Source: Phoronis australis (taxonomy: Eukaryota > Animalia > Phoronida). From it: a stretch of 64,000 nt of DNA. The notes beneath the pieces were generated by a model, which saw nothing but the letters and a program-made list of their open reading frames with translations, made no database searches and had not been told where the DNA came from. The stretch lies in the NCBI GenBank assembly GCA_002633005.1, contig NMRA01000603.1, positions 189,089 through 253,088 on the forward strand, given 5' to 3'. The position numbers were made by a program, and so were the translations under genes. Of the stretch, positions 25,601 through 39,249 are shown piece by piece (position 1 is the stretch's first letter; every line of letters starts with the position of its first letter).

Positions 25601-28600
25601 TCAACTGGTGGTCCCTATAGCTCAGTGAACTAGAGTGTCTGTGCGGTTAGCAAGAAGTCGTGGGTCCCAGCCCCAGTCAGGACAGAGACCTTTAAAGTTA
25701 ACTCTAGGTCATGGGATGTGCCCAACATGACGTAAGAAGACTAATTATTATTATTACTTATAAGTTATTCAATCGCCCTCCTTAATTTAAAATGTCAAAG
25801 TTTCACCTCCGACTTTAAAAGAACTTCAGCCTCAGTGAGTTTCTCACTAAGTTTTGGGTTTTATTTAACATGGAATTTGTATCTACAAAATAATCTTTTT
25901 AGAAAGTTGTTGTGTTGAACACTAACAAAAGAATATTAACTACGCGTTACTCTCACACCCTAAATGCTCCATAATGTAATTCAAATGCTTGGTGTGATAT
26001 TTTTAGGGATTCAACGACGAAGACATCTTTGTGTGTGAATCTCGTTATAACAGAAGACACAAGTCATTCAAGAAAATCAAGGTACACTCAGCACAAGTAG
26101 TGTTAATGTGGTTAACCAGTTTTGTATAAACTTTAAGATAGATTCTCTATTAACTACAGCAATACCTCTGTCCAGCAACAGAACTCTTTTTCTGTAACAA
26201 TCCCATGTAAAGAAGGGAGTAATACAATCACAGTTAAAATTAGACTAATTTGCAGAATGGGTGATTTTGTATGTTTGTTTTTGCAGGGAGTTATACTGCA
26301 TTATTTATTTTGGTTTTGGTAATCGTTGTCAGAATGTCAATCGTTTATACTTGAAGTAATGTTATTCTCATTGACCACTTTAGATCTGGTCTTTCCCCAA
26401 GAACGAGGCCATCAAAGTGGTGCCTCGTGAGAAACCCCTCCCGACGGTTCGAGTGGAGTCGGTGTTTGCCGAAAAGTCAGAGAAAGATTCCACTGAGGAT
26501 GATCCTAGTCACGGCATCCTTGATAAAAAGAGGGTTGAGGTGAAGGTTGAAGGACCGTCGGAGGATGGTATGACATACTATGAACAATACCTGATGCCTA
26601 ATGGTGCCTTCTTCAAGATAGGTATGTGCACACTCTAAATTTGTCACGCTATAATTGTGATGTATGTCAATATTAATTTAAATTAAATTCTTCTTACTGT
26701 CAGTAGTTGTTTTGATTTGTTTTTTGCAATGCACATGTTATGTTAAGGGTTTTGAAAGGCATGTTAGCATTTCGGGGTATAGTAAAATCTTGACAGTTTA
26801 GGGCAAGATAGGGCAGACAAATGAAATGGTATATTTTCATGGAAGATAAATTGTAGCACAAAATAAATGCATTGTCAATTATGTATTGTGTACCACAGTT
26901 ACCATCAGACGATGTTTTGAGAATCTGTGGGCATTATCAAAGATTGAAATTAAATCTGTTCAACTGTATTATGGTCTGTTCTTTCTGAAACATCCTTAAG
27001 CTCTTGGAAGTGTCCCGCTCATTCCTTACAAATAGAGCGGGAGGCTCCTGAGGGTTTACTGAATTTTTGGTAATTGTCGACCATAGTCCAGTTGAATGGC
27101 TTTAATTTCTTTTTAGAAACCTTTGAAAAATGAAGTGTCATGTGTTGCAATTATTTTGTTTAAAAATTGGTGTGATTTTATGGTATCAAATTTTTGTTAC
27201 AAGTTCAAATGGAAAGATTGCCTGCTCACTTCCAGTTGTCTGCAATGGTTGATTTGTGCACTGGAGCAAATAATAGTGTTCACTGTGTTTTATTAATATT
27301 TTAATTGTGATATGCTCTCTGCTTATATTTAATGTTTGTTGATTTCCATTCCAGGAGACCATGTGTATCTGCGTTCAATCTTTGAAAAGCCTATGATTGC
27401 ACGGATCGATAAACTATGGACAGACCAAAGGTGATTGAATGTTGTATAGGTGGATGATATTGTGCTCGTTTTGAAGTTTAAAGTTTATTTGACAATTTTT
27501 TAATTAGTCAGATTTAGCCTCTCTTTCCAAATTCCAAAAATTTGATTACCCTTAACCATTTTATTGTCATTTTTCTTATGCCAAGCAATTACTTTCCTGA
27601 TCTGATCACCAGTCCTAAGATGAAGGGTAAATTAATTGAAGGCACTGTTCCTAGATGTTTGTTCTCTTTTCATTACAGTGGAAACCCTTTCTTACATGGT
27701 CCATGGTTTGTCTACCCCAAACAAGTGGAACACCCTCCGACCAAGATGTTCTTCCACCGTGAAGTCTTCCTCAGCTCCATTGAGAACACTAACTCTCTCT
27801 TCAATGTGCTGGGCAAATGCACTGTGCTCTCACACAAAGACTTTTGCTCCTGTGAGTACGCCATGCTGCATCCTGGACGTTGATAATCTTAGAATTCCAA
27901 AAAACTAATTCTCAGTTTGCCGTATGTCTGCAGAAAACCTTCCTGTGAGTCACAACTGGTTTTCTTTCCAGTTTGTATGGTTTAGCCTCATCTTGGGAGA
28001 CGGTTCGTTTTCCCGAAAACCATTTATTTATTCCTATTAATATTGTCAATTTCTGACTAACCTATGAAAGATGTTTTGAAGGAATACTTTGATCATTTTA
28101 TTGTGTACTCATTTTGCATAAAATCTAATCTGTTGCGAAACATGGCCTAGGTGTTGATATTGCTCCAATTCCAGGTCAACAGTTTACTGTGTAGTCTCAA
28201 CCACAGTTCTCCATGGTCTATAAACTGAATTCCACTTCCAATCAGCATATGAACCTTCTCCAGGTGTCCACACAATATCGTACGGTGAAAGTGACACTGC
28301 AATAGTTTTGTTTATTTGCATATTACCCGTTTTTAAATGTGTTTGTTAAATGTTAAAGACCATGAAACTGATAACAGATTCGGACAGTCAGGTAAATTTG
28401 GTAATCTTGGGGCTGTGTAAAGATTGCTTTGTTTGCACTTGAAAGGTCGACCAACTGAATATCCAGAAGACCACGTCTATATCTGCGAGTCGAAGTATGT
28501 AGAGGCTGAGAAAATCATTCGCAAGATCTCAAAAGGTTTTAAGGTAGGCACCTGTTAAAAGTATGCTGCTGGTTTTTCAACTGCCTGACTTTTTATTTTT

Positions 28601-31600
28601 CATACCTTGCTTTCAAAATTCATGTATGGTTTAAACGCATAATGTTGTGGCTTTTCGATGGTCATTGAACAAACCAATTTTCCTAACTTTGCTGAAGTAC
28701 TTGTGCCAGTTCATTGATATTGTCAAACTTACTTGTTGTTGTGTTTGTAGAAAGTGATACTGTCACCCAAAGTGACTGATGATGAGATCTACTTCTTCAG
28801 GAAACAGATCATTCCCAAAAAGGTACATATTGATTAGCACGCATGTTAGGATAGTGTGCCTTAATTCTTATTGTTTCTGAAAGACTGTTGTTCAATTTTT
28901 CTTCCATAGTTTGTAATCCAAGCTTCTGGTTCATGACTTTAGTGCCAGCTTTATAAGTGGGGGGCTCTGCTATCGTAGTACATGGAACTGATTAAAAGTG
29001 TTATTTATTTGGTCGTTTTTGGGCGGGACACCTAAATCAGTGTAGGTTGCCCACTTCTAAGGTTCAAAATTGAAATTTTTACTGAATGTCGTTTTCAATA
29101 AGAATAAGTCATTTAGAATAATAAGCTGTTGTACATCATCAGTTAGGAGACTACTCTGACCGCTGTGGATTCAGTGTTGAATATTTTATACACTCATGTT
29201 TGCTTGCGCAATACTTGCAACAGCTCCAAACAGGTATTTAAGCTTGGTCAACAATCATGTAGCCATAAGCTAATCACATCCATTCTTTGCGCCCTGCAGG
29301 AGCCGTCTCCTCTACTACTCAAAGCGTCCCAGGGGCCGGTCAGTGAGGCAGGGGAGGAACCTGCTCCCGAGGAAGTTCCTCCACCCCAGGAGATCAGTTT
29401 CAGTCAGGATGTGTCCATGTCGGGCTTTGAGAACAGCATGGACAGCTCTGTGACCGAGGCCAAACCATCCACAAAAAAGGTGAGAGGTGGGGTTGACTCA
29501 CACCTTGATGAGGTTGGTTACGTACGCCCGCTATATTGGAAGTTATGAATTATTGAAATTAATGATTATTGTTGACAATTATTATATCCTGTGTAAACAA
29601 AACTAAGATACTAGGTGTTGATCCTGGATTAGTTAATTGAAAAATGTGAAATCATTGTTCGTTACCATTTTTTGGTAGGTTTTGGATTTTTGAAATTGAA
29701 ACTGGACAAAATTTTAAGTTTTCGCGAGTTTTAAACCTTTTCACAACCACGTTGAGGTAATGTACATTTGAATCCCAATGCTTCAGGCTGATCTGGGAAC
29801 ACCATAATTTTTTCCGGTGATTTCTAGTTAGAGAATACGGCTTTGAGGATTTTTTGTACCGGAATCGAAGATCATGATTCATTTGGATGTATTACTGTCA
29901 CATTAAAGTTTTATTTGCCGATCTCTATCATCAACTTTAAAAGTATCTTTAAAAAGTGTGAATTATCTCTTTAACTCCAACGCTTACTTTTCACCTTTCA
30001 TGCTTTGTGAATATCTTTATTGCAGCCAAAACGTGGCAAAAGGCGCATCAGTGCATTCATCATGTTTGCTGCCGAGATCAGGCGGTCCATCGCTGAAGGT
30101 CATCCCGAGTGGGGATTTGGAGAAATCAGTCGTGCCGTTGGTCAAGAGGTTGGTAAAGGTTGTCACTGTGTTTAGTGCACTGTTGGAGACTCATGCAAAG
30201 TATTGCCTCAGTTTCCGTCTGGGCACAGGTTTACTTTTAGTGCTTCTTGTAAAAGTAAGCTGACATGAAACACACGTATCATGGTCAGGTTGTTGTAGGT
30301 CAAGTCGTCAAGTTGAAGTTATACATTCATTGATTGGCATTGATGTTGTTTCAAAAGGTTTGGGACCACAGATGTGTTGAGTTTCGTGGGAGCTCATCTG
30401 ACAAGACTGTTACTTGGGAATTGCTTTTTGTGAGCAGATGCTAACCCGGTTTACTGAAAACCCCCATCCGCGTTTATCAGATGATGCCTTAGGCATTTGG
30501 GGATTGCTTCTCTCAAGCAAATGCTTTACTAGTCTGTGGAAGACCACATGTTAGTTCATCGCTCACTTAGTGGGCCAGATTACACCAAGCCTTACAAGAT
30601 TGTACTTGTAGACTAATATAAACCATACTATTTTCACGTAGTGGGCCAAGGTCACTCCTGAAGACAAAGTGAAGTATATTGAAAAGGCAAAGAAAGCTCA
30701 GGATGAGTATGACGCACGTCAGGCCGAGGCAGAGAAAGCTCTGCAAGACACCATGCAGAGGTCACAGTCCCCAGCCTCTGGCAGCATGTCACCAGCCTCC
30801 TTTGGCCGACCTCTGACCCCAGGTCAAGGAGGCGTGCCCTATCAGGGCATGCCACCTCAGCAGGGTGAGTGAACAGGATGTCTGGAGTTTTTCGTTGGCA
30901 AGTGTGTTCATTGATGTGATCCTGTAAAGCAAATTACTTGGTGTGTTTTTAATGGAGAAGTCAGTAGTCTCAAAGTGATATGTTTTCATGGGCTCTAATG
31001 TTCTAAGTTCGTACTTGTTACTCTCACTGGGATCATATAGTGTCACAGAGAAAGGCGACTTTCTGAAATAGGAATTACAACTTTCCCAACAGGACATTTT
31101 GCAGCGAAGTACTTAACTCGCGTATTGAGTGTGGTGCAGTTTAAATAGTCTAAAACTGTGTTATCATGAAACTCCTTGCAGGCATGTTTCCGCATCAACA
31201 GTCATTTGGTCAACAGTCATGCCATCCCCAACAACAGATGGCGCACCCAGGCATGATGCCACAGCAGGGTCAAGGTAGTCACAGTGCATTTAGTTCAAGT
31301 TTCAGGACTGTGAGCTTCAAAACACGATGAATATTTTTTCATTAATCAACACACAATTGACTGATCAGAAATTTTCCTTCTTTGGAATCGTGATGTCACG
31401 ACAACTAGTTAGTATTTAAAACAAAATAAAACTCAAGTCATATAGATGCAGCTTCAAAGCAAAGTTATTTAAAGGCCTTTTGTGTTGTCAGGAAAGATAC
31501 TTGTTTCAACCAAATCTTGCAAGTGTTAACTTCAGTACCCTAATAAAATTTCCTGATTTTTTAAATTTCATAATTACAGAAGCTCCACAGTTAACTTAAC

Positions 31601-34600
31601 TTTTTATTGTTATTATGTTTTTTCACTTTGCATGATTGTAAACCAACAATCGCATTCTCTTTTGATATGACCAATTGCAGCTTCCAGTTCAGAATCTCTG
31701 TTCATTTTCAACTTTTTGAAAAACTGCACTTCTACTGCTGACTTTGTCTCTTTTGAAGTGCAAAAATCACAACAAAATAAAATTACGTATTACTAGACAT
31801 TTCATTTAGGCGTCTTAAAGTGGCTGTAAATGTGCAATCCATTAGTAGATTGCTTTGACTTCGACCACTTGTTGCTATAATCACGACTTGAATATTATTT
31901 AGACGAGAATTGTGTGTTTGTTATTCTTTGAGGCCATGTTTGGCTCATCAATTTACTCGCCATGACAAATCGAGTTATTTAGTTGAACTTTGAGGTCTTC
32001 CCAAGTCCATGCGCCTCTTCTCAATGTAAGTGCTTAATATAACACACATTTGATCACATTTGTTTTTGGCCAAGATACGAGTACAAAAATGGGGTCATAC
32101 GTAAACAAAATTAACCGTCATTTCGCTGTATTATCTCAAAACCATTGTCAAGACAAATGTTCACAGTACTCGAGTCACAGGTAGCACAGGTCGAAAAGAA
32201 TCTTCACAGGTACACGTCAAAATGCATTGTGACGGGTGAGACCAGAAATCAGAACAGTTAGATCTCAAATGAACTTGACTGTTCTCCACCTGTGTTATTT
32301 GACTGGAGTATTGTCAACATTTGTCTTGAGAATGGTTTAGTGAAAAAAAACCCGAAATGTCGATTATTTAATACTGTACATCAGCTTTGTTTACGTATGC
32401 GAGGACTATTTTCATACCCCTTTTATAAATGTGACTGTAAGTGGTTGAAGTCAAAAGCTATTGAATGTATGGAAGGTAAATTTACAGCATTTTTAGTTTT
32501 ATTTAATAAATGGCTGAGGTTTGTATTATGGAGAATACGGTCTAATTTCTTCTTTGCAATAGCCAGTCTTCCACTCTCACTAACCTCTGGGAATCGTTAC
32601 AAACACTGTTGATGTTTCTCACATACAAATGTCAAGAGAAAATAAATTAGTAGTTCCAGGGTTGGGTTTCATGAGGAGAGAAAACGGTTGTGGCGCGTGT
32701 GAAAAGAAATAATTTCGTCGTCTGCAAGGAAAGAAAAAAATTGCTGTGTGTGAGAAAAAAAATTAACACTGTCTGGTGGCTTTGCCGAGTTTGTGAGATA
32801 TTAAGACTAGCTATCCTCACTGTTCTTTTTATTTGTGGTTTTGGATATCTTGTGTTAGCATGGATGTTCTCTTATAAGTTGATGAAACTTTTCTCATCAT
32901 TCTCTCTCAGTGTTGTTTGTAACTCGTAGCATGCTCCGTCTACAACAGGTATGCCTCCACCTGGTATGATGCCACCACACGGTGGCGCTGCCAGTCCCAG
33001 GCCAGGCATGTTGCCATACCAACAGCCTATGATGCCCCCTATGGGCCAACAGCAGCAGCAGCAGCAGCAGCTGCAACAGATGCAGGGCGTGGTCCACATG
33101 CAAGGTATGCCGACACAGTCGTATCCCAGCATGCAACACCAGCAACGCCTGCCGAACATGCAGTCCTACCCAACGGTGGGGGCGGTGCCGTCTCAGCAGC
33201 CTCAGTACGGAATGTCACCTGGCATGCCGCAGCCTCCATCTGGCGCCTATCCCAGCATGCAACAGGGAACGCCGATGATGAGGCCCCCGATGTCAGCTGG
33301 TATGAGTCCTCGTCAGTTGTCATCGTCGTCAACTCCAAACACTGACATGCATAGAGGTAGTCCCGCTACCCTCCCCGACCCCGGCCCAGGTAGCACTTTA
33401 GAATATGCCGTCTGCTGACACTCCCAAAATTAACTGTCTGGCTCCTTACTTAGTTGTTAACCATGCATGGTTCGGTAGGTGCGTGACTTCAAAAGAATAT
33501 GTTGTGCATAGAATGTTTTCATGAACATGTTTTCTGAAGTACTTGATTATTTTCCACCAACATTGAACCAAAAGTAGTCGCAAGACTTCAGAAAATGAAT
33601 TGTTTCTCGGTCATGTAAGTCACGAGTCTTCCCTTTCCAATATGATAGTTTCCTGTTCAACACTTTGAATTCTCATTCCCAAAAAGCAAATTAGAGTAAC
33701 TGTCTGGTACTTTAAAATATCCATTGCCTAATTACTAAATTTTACACAGTTGCTTTTAATCTGTATTTTTCAAATTTCAACATTTTTCTGACAAAATCTG
33801 TGTCAGTTATGTGTCATGACAAGAACACATTTAAGTCACGCCTTTGCCAGCCAATCACTAACACTCAAGGTATGGTAAAGTGCCGTTTATTTAGAACACG
33901 ATATGGCGGAACAGTGAAATTTTCCTTCATGAAGATTTTCAATTAACGGGAAGAAAACTGTTATTCATTATGCAGGTGTCGTCAACAAAACTACGATGAA
34001 ATTTTGAACATTTTATGGTGTAGTCAGTGGTTGAAAATTGAAAAATCACAATCCAGAAATTATTTTCGCATAAATTCGAGGAAACTTTACCATACATTTC
34101 GACTGCTCTGGCTAACCTCGTTGTACAGGTTAACCTATATGTTGTACTAACACTGTGTGCTTTAGATTGGTTACAACCGCATGATGTGATAGCTGTAGAA
34201 ACCAGCACAGCATGACTTCTTCGTCATGTATAATTTCCCTTACTCTTGTTTTAATGTTGTATTTTGACTCGCCCTGTGTTTGCCTTAACCATATTTTGCA
34301 GTTTTAACTCCTTTTGTTCGTAGACTTTTTGAAATTTTTGGTCAAAATTATGTACTTTGCCTGCGAAATTTAAAGATAGTTTCAGACCTCGGAATAATCA
34401 TCTGAGGCCGGCTAGAAACATCGGAAATTGTTACAGGCTAGCACAGTCTGTTCTTACAGGCTAGCAGAGTCTGTTGTTACAGGCTAGCACAGTCTGTTGT
34501 TCCTCTTGGTATGTGGTTTGATTTCTAGCAAAGACTTGGGTGATCGTGTCAGGTTCACATGAGACTAGCCTTCACAGAACCAATCCAGGTTGTACTCTTG

Positions 34601-36010
34601 AGTTTTTTTTTCGATTGTCGCACTTACTTGAGACTTTTATTACAATGCAATGATGTTTGACCATGTAAGTCTCAAGACCAGCATTATGAGGATGACAACA
34701 CAGCTGTTAGTAGTGTTTCCTCCTTATGAATTGGAATTATCTCCCTCAGCAGCCAGGTGGTGACATGAGTCACCTGATCCTTGTAAATATATTATGCTGC
34801 TGTGACAAAGTTTTTGGTTGTAAATCATTTAGTGCGAGTTTAGTGTATTACGTGGCATCAGTTTCTTTACACTTGTCAAGGTTGTGTAGCATTGCTGCAA
34901 CGTTTGAATTTTGTATCATATGAAAATGTATTACGGTGTTCAAAATGTTTGCACAGTCACGAACTTAAAAAGGTGGATTCCTTTAGCTAGGGTGGACATT
35001 CAAACCTGAATCTGAAAAAATTCTTGAACCAAAGAATTCACTTGCTTAACCCTGTAACCCCCTTTTTAAAATTTAGTTCAGTAGTATGTTTTGCATTTGG
35101 AAAATTGCTCTAATTAATTTATTCCTCCTGACTCGATTTCAGTCATAAGGGAAAACAGAATCTCTAAACTCGCATGCCCTGCTTCGTCACGCCTCGATAA
35201 ATCTGTTGCTCCAAATACTGGCAGAAGTCCACTAAATTGTGTTTTCATTACCACATTTCAGTACCCGCCAGCATGGCTCCCCCACCCCCTCCACCACGTC
35301 CCCCAAGTCCAATGTTCGTCACAGTACCACCTAAGACCCAGCGCCTGGTACACTCTGAAGCATATCTCAAGTAAGTCGTGGACAGCCACCGTGTTTGCTT
35401 GTCATGTTTTACAGTAGTTTCCATTAACAGTTGACGATTTTTGCTGAAATTCATCTGCCAAAGTTAACTTCAGGTGAAAACCTCGGTGGAAATCAAAAAA
35501 CTAATCATTTGAAAATTGTCCCAAATATTTTGCTTACTAATTTTAGCAGCATTTTATTACTGAAAGATAGCATCAACTTGTCTTTGAATACTACTGGATG
35601 TTCATGTCATGTTCTTTAATTCATGATCTTCTGTGTTGAAAACTTCCATTGTGTTCTGGATGATGTGTCAGTACAAAGATTTGAAGACTCAATAACTGCG
35701 AGTACCACTGCCCATAAAAACTCACACACTGTAGTTGATCTACTTCTTGTGGATTAATCACACCTGGTACGTTTACCTGTGCAGGTACATCGAGGGTCTG
35801 TCAGCGGACAGCCATACAGTCAGCAGGTGGAGTCAGAATCTGTCAGCGACCCAAGCCAACACTCACACGCAGCCTACACGTCTTCCCACCAGCTGGTTGC
35901 CCGAGGGACCTGGTCACCATGGTAACATGCTCAATGCATTGTGGGCCATGAGAGATCTCATGCTGAAGGACTCACTGACGATATCCAGGGTATTCGATGG
36001 ACCCTTATAA
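4665..36010 (+). CDS. PBRM1: Protein polybromo-1 (BAF180), PBAF subunit: 6 bromodomains, 2 BAH, HMG box; 37 coding exons, about 1,734-1,753 aa
   Basis: Frame-consistent exons: 4665-4781, 5653-5750, 6239-6386, 8019-8174, 8676-8894, 10012-10179, 10424-10512, 11146-11397, 11972-12041, 12601-12699, 13707-13769, 17195-17356, 17849-17980, 18505-18689, 19528-19654, 20184-20351, 21066-21203, 22096-22187, 22625-22667, 22860-22946, 23139-23357, 23572-23666, 24106-24244, 25273-25374, 26007-26081, 26384-26621, 27355-27430, 27679-27851, 28446-28543, 28751-28822, 29300-29479, 30026-30148, 30642-30864, 31182-31274, 32949-33299 (or 33356/33389), 35262-35370, 35785-36010. Diagnostic peptides: CQELYDTIRNFKNDDGRLLCETFIRVPKRR, repeated YPDYY..I..P.D and NA..YNE, IRDELCKNGELLLTPALSYT, WFYRPNETFHLATRKFLEKEVFKSD, the HMG segment SAFIMFAAEIRR...GFGEISRAVGQEW, and PPKTQRLVHSEAYLKYIEGL. 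Confidence 0.97.
6936..7330. mobile_element. MITE with CAGGG-type TIRs in PBRM1 intron
   Basis: TIRs cagggcttggaat (6936) and attccaacccctg (ends 7330) match at 12 of 13 positions. Internal tttccgcg subrepeats are present, and attttt flanks both sides (6-bp TSD). One N lies at 7193. Confidence 0.75.
21745..22005 (+). mobile_element. tRNA-derived SINE-like repeat (family A, copy 1)
   Basis: B-box gttcgagtccc at 21806. The body (agtcaggt.tctagc...aaatgg.tc..gtgatca...tgg.cccacc.aag...gcctgca) is shared with the minus-strand copy at 51620-51860. Ends are approximate. Confidence 0.65.
23366..23457. other. Assembly gap / masked stretch (92 N) inside a PBRM1 intron
   Basis: Run of N flanked by GA-rich low-complexity sequence. 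The exons on each side join in phase 0, so no coding sequence needs to lie in it. Confidence 0.95.
25610..25760 (+). mobile_element. tRNA-derived SINE-like repeat
   Basis: The head ggtccctatagctcagtga has an A-box, followed by a degenerate B-box (gtcgtgggtcccagcccc) and an (att)n tail at about 25744-25757. No intact cloverleaf. Confidence 0.55.
33047..33070 (+). repeat. CAA(CAG)7 polyglutamine tract in PBRM1 exon 35
   Basis: caacagcagcagcagcagcagcag encodes Q8. Confidence 0.9.
34430..34499. repeat. 23-bp minisatellite, 3 copies
   Basis: Unit gttacaggctagcacagtctgtt is repeated three times with single substitutions. Confidence 0.9.
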
Positions 36011-37363
36011 AGGGTGTTACACTAACTGAAGTGTGTCGCACGACTTATTTATCTTTCCCAACTTTGGTTTAGATGAGAATGCGCCAGTGCTGTGTTGTGG
36101 AAAAATGTCTAAGGATTGTATCATCAGGTACATGTTATATCTACTCACCTGGTGTGTGTGTTATGCTCTGAAAGTGGGTCATGCGGATATCCATGGTGTT
36201 GAGCCCGCACTTGTGATGTTGTATCAGATAGAATTTGGACCTTGGAAATTGTCTTGAAACTAGCTATATAATTATTATTCTTCATCTTGTTCGAAGACAC
36301 TGTATTGCCTGAGAGAAAATGTTGTTTTGTAACCATGGTTATCTACCTTCAAATTGTATGTCGTTTTGATGGTGTGAGCTGACAGGATTCAAAGTAAGAA
36401 AACAGCGTAATATTCACTTTTGCCAAGGATTTCAAATGCAAAACAAAAACTGCAGGTCTGTTTGTACATGTACGTTTTTGAAAATAATAATCTGTAGTGC
36501 AGTCTGATGCCCTATTCATTGTCAGTTTATTGTTGACATGACTTCCAAGAGCATTTAATTTATTAACAACAAAGTGACCTGTAGTCACATGATGCTATTA
36601 TCAAGGGTAGAACAATGAAAGTAACCCATATTTTGAGATACATGATAAAATGCTTACAACAGAATGCTTGTACCTTAATGTACACCCAAGCTGTCTACTG
36701 ACACTTTGCTTACTGTGTCAATGTGTGCAGTTTACATGTATTGGTTTTCAAATTAACTAGACAGACTGGCAGGACTCTGACAGACTCTTCCAAACTTGGG
36801 CAAACTTCTTGTACTCGAATTTTTGGGTAGTTTAGTCTAACTTTTGTCATAATGAAATAGAGTTTTTGTCCAACTGCAATCAGAATTGAATGTGACGTTA
36901 TTGCATCTAGCCACCTACTGTTTATTTATGAATGGACGTGTGTAGTAAGTTGGTGTGATTTCAGCAAAATAGATGGAGTAACATTTGCTGAGATTTTGGC
37001 CTGGTGTAGCCGGAGTTGTGTGGATTTCCGTTTGCACTCGTCCATTGTGATGAAGAATAACAGGTACTGTAGTTATTGAGCCTCAACACCGTGAGTCGAA
37101 ATCTTGTGTCCAGTTTATGTTGAAAGCTACTACACACTGCAGCTTAGCAAACACCTCTCCCTCAAGGTACATCTGTACGAAAGGAATCGATTTTTTCATT
37201 TTTTTTCTGTAGTTTGTGTGTTATGACTGGATAGTGGGCATCCTGCGCTAGAATGGTTTCTAGATAGAATGAGTTTAGTGAATTAATTTTTGGATTTAAT
37301 GCGTATGAGGATGTCACGTGAATGCCTTGTTCCATGAATTATTCAGATGACGGTAGTTGGGAG

Positions 37364-38432
37364 CATTTGAGCATTTGATACCTTCAAACTTTTGTTTTAC
37401 ATGTTGTAAATTTTGCTTTTTAAATAAAACGTTCAACTTTGGTAGTTCTTCAGTTTGATGTTTTATGTAACGTTTCAAGGGCAGTAACCCTCATTGCGTA
37501 CTGTTTGGTTGTAAATATATTTTTTCGGACAAAACCGGGAATCGTCTGTTCATTTCGAATGTTGAATCTCCATGACTTGATATCTGGTACCAGGGGGTTC
37601 TCGCGTTGTAGTCAGTAGGGTCATGTCTCCAACACTGCTGATATTTTGCACTCTGGGACTTTCTTTACGAACAGGATTACCACAGAATCATGTGCACGAG
37701 TATCGCATCATACGCACGAATCACCTAAGGATCTTTGTATCGTGCATATGAAAACAAACTTCACGTACCGGCATACGAACAAAAGCCATGCGCACGAACT
37801 ATAAAAATCACACGTTCGAACACAAATTGTACACGCGAAGATACGAATCATACGCCACTGTTCACCAAACGAGGAAGTGTTCGTGCGTGTGATCGAANCA
37901 TTTGAGCATTTGATACCTTCAAACTTTTGTTTTACATGTTGTAAATTTTGCTTTTTAAATAAAACGTTCAACTTTGGTAGTTCTTCAGTTTGATGTTTTA
38001 TGTAACGTTTCAAGGGCAGTAACCGTCATTGCGTACTGTTTGGTTGTAAATATATTATTTCGGACAAAACCGGGAATCGTTTGTTCATTTCGAATGTTGA
38101 ATCTCCATGACTTGATATCGGGTGCCAGGGGGTTCTCGCGTTGTAGTCAGTAGGGTCATGTCTCCAACACTGCTGATATTTTGCACTCTGGGACTTTCTT
38201 TACGAACAGGATTACCACAGAATCATGTGCACGAGTATCGCATCATACGCACGAATCACCTAAGGATCTATGTATCGTGCATATGAAAACAAACTTCACG
38301 TACCGGCATACGAACAAAAGCCATGCGCACGAACTATAAAAATCACACGTTCGAACACAAATTGTACACGCGAAGATCCGAATCATACGCCACTGTTCAC
38401 CAAACGAGGAAGTTTTCGTGCGTGTGATCAAA
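37364..38432. repeat. 535-bp tandem duplication joined by a single N (probable haplotype/assembly artefact)
   Basis: 37364-37897 matches 37899-38432 with roughly 9 substitutions by eye. The copies are separated by an N at 37898. Confidence 0.85.
37423..37428 (+). terminator. Candidate polyadenylation signal of PBRM1 (3'UTR about 1.4 kb)
   Basis: AATAAA preceded by TGTA and T-rich sequence and followed by GT/T-rich sequence. It is repeated 535 bp downstream by the duplication. Confidence 0.55.
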
Positions 38433-38594
38433 GTTCGTGTGTCTGACTTCGTGTTCGTTCGTAAGATTTTGTGATTCGTGCGCATGATTTTGTTCATATA
38501 CTCGATTTTTGGGTTTGTATGCATGATTCATAAGTTCGTAGGTTCTTCGTACGTAGGATGTTATGCACGTGTGTTTGATTCTTTGGTATCCCTG
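38207..38594. mobile_element. MITE with CAGG(G) TIRs and internal (c/g)acgaa subrepeats (family B)
   Basis: caggattaccacagaatca pairs with tgattctttggtatccctg. The internal arms are inverted arrays of catacgaac/gcacgaa motifs. Flanks are tacgaa and taccaa. A related partial copy lies at 55268-55510. Confidence 0.75.
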
Positions 38595-39249
38595 TACCAA
38601 GGTAAACTTGGCTTCGTCTTGAATACACACACAGGCATTGCGCTTTGTTGACCTATCGCAAGCTCCGCCCACTTGCGTAATGTCGACCAACAAACAATAA
38701 GATTTACACGGCAACATGTTTGTCGGGTAAAATGACGGTTTGGAAACGAAGGCGTGTCAATAATGTCGCGTTCTAAATGGTCAATTAAGCCGTCACTCAA
38801 AATCCTAGCGATAGATCAATTTTTGAATGGGCATGATTGCGGTTGCAACTATAGGTGTGATCGGGGAATAGTGGAATCATGTTGAAAATTTCGGAAGCAC
38901 AGTGTATTCAATCAAGTTTTAGAGATTTTATGAATGACTTTTGGCTGGAGGCTTGTGAGTTTATATGTATGTTGCCTTTCAAGACTTGGATTTGTCAAAC
39001 TTGTGGCACATTTACGTTCTTGATGTGTTTTCATGCTATTTTCCCCGGTTGTCCCGTCAAAATGTCTCGGTTCCACATTCGTTTTTTCAGGAAACTTCTG
39101 TCCTGTAATGTTCGGTTCATAAGCGGAAACAATTCGTTAAATGTGTAACAAATCATCGATAAACCCGTGAATTACACATTTTGGTAAAAATTGCGAGCTT
39201 CTTCGAACAGTAAATAAATGGAAGGGTTAAGCTTTATTTGCTGTTCTCG

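Noticed and set aside
34430-34499. Repeat array as a possible CRISPR-like locus
   Set aside because: Contiguous units with no spacers, inside a eukaryotic intron: an ordinary minisatellite.
37708-38800. Repeated minus-strand ORFs of 79-106 aa
   Set aside because: They are translations of the family B MITE and the duplicated segment.
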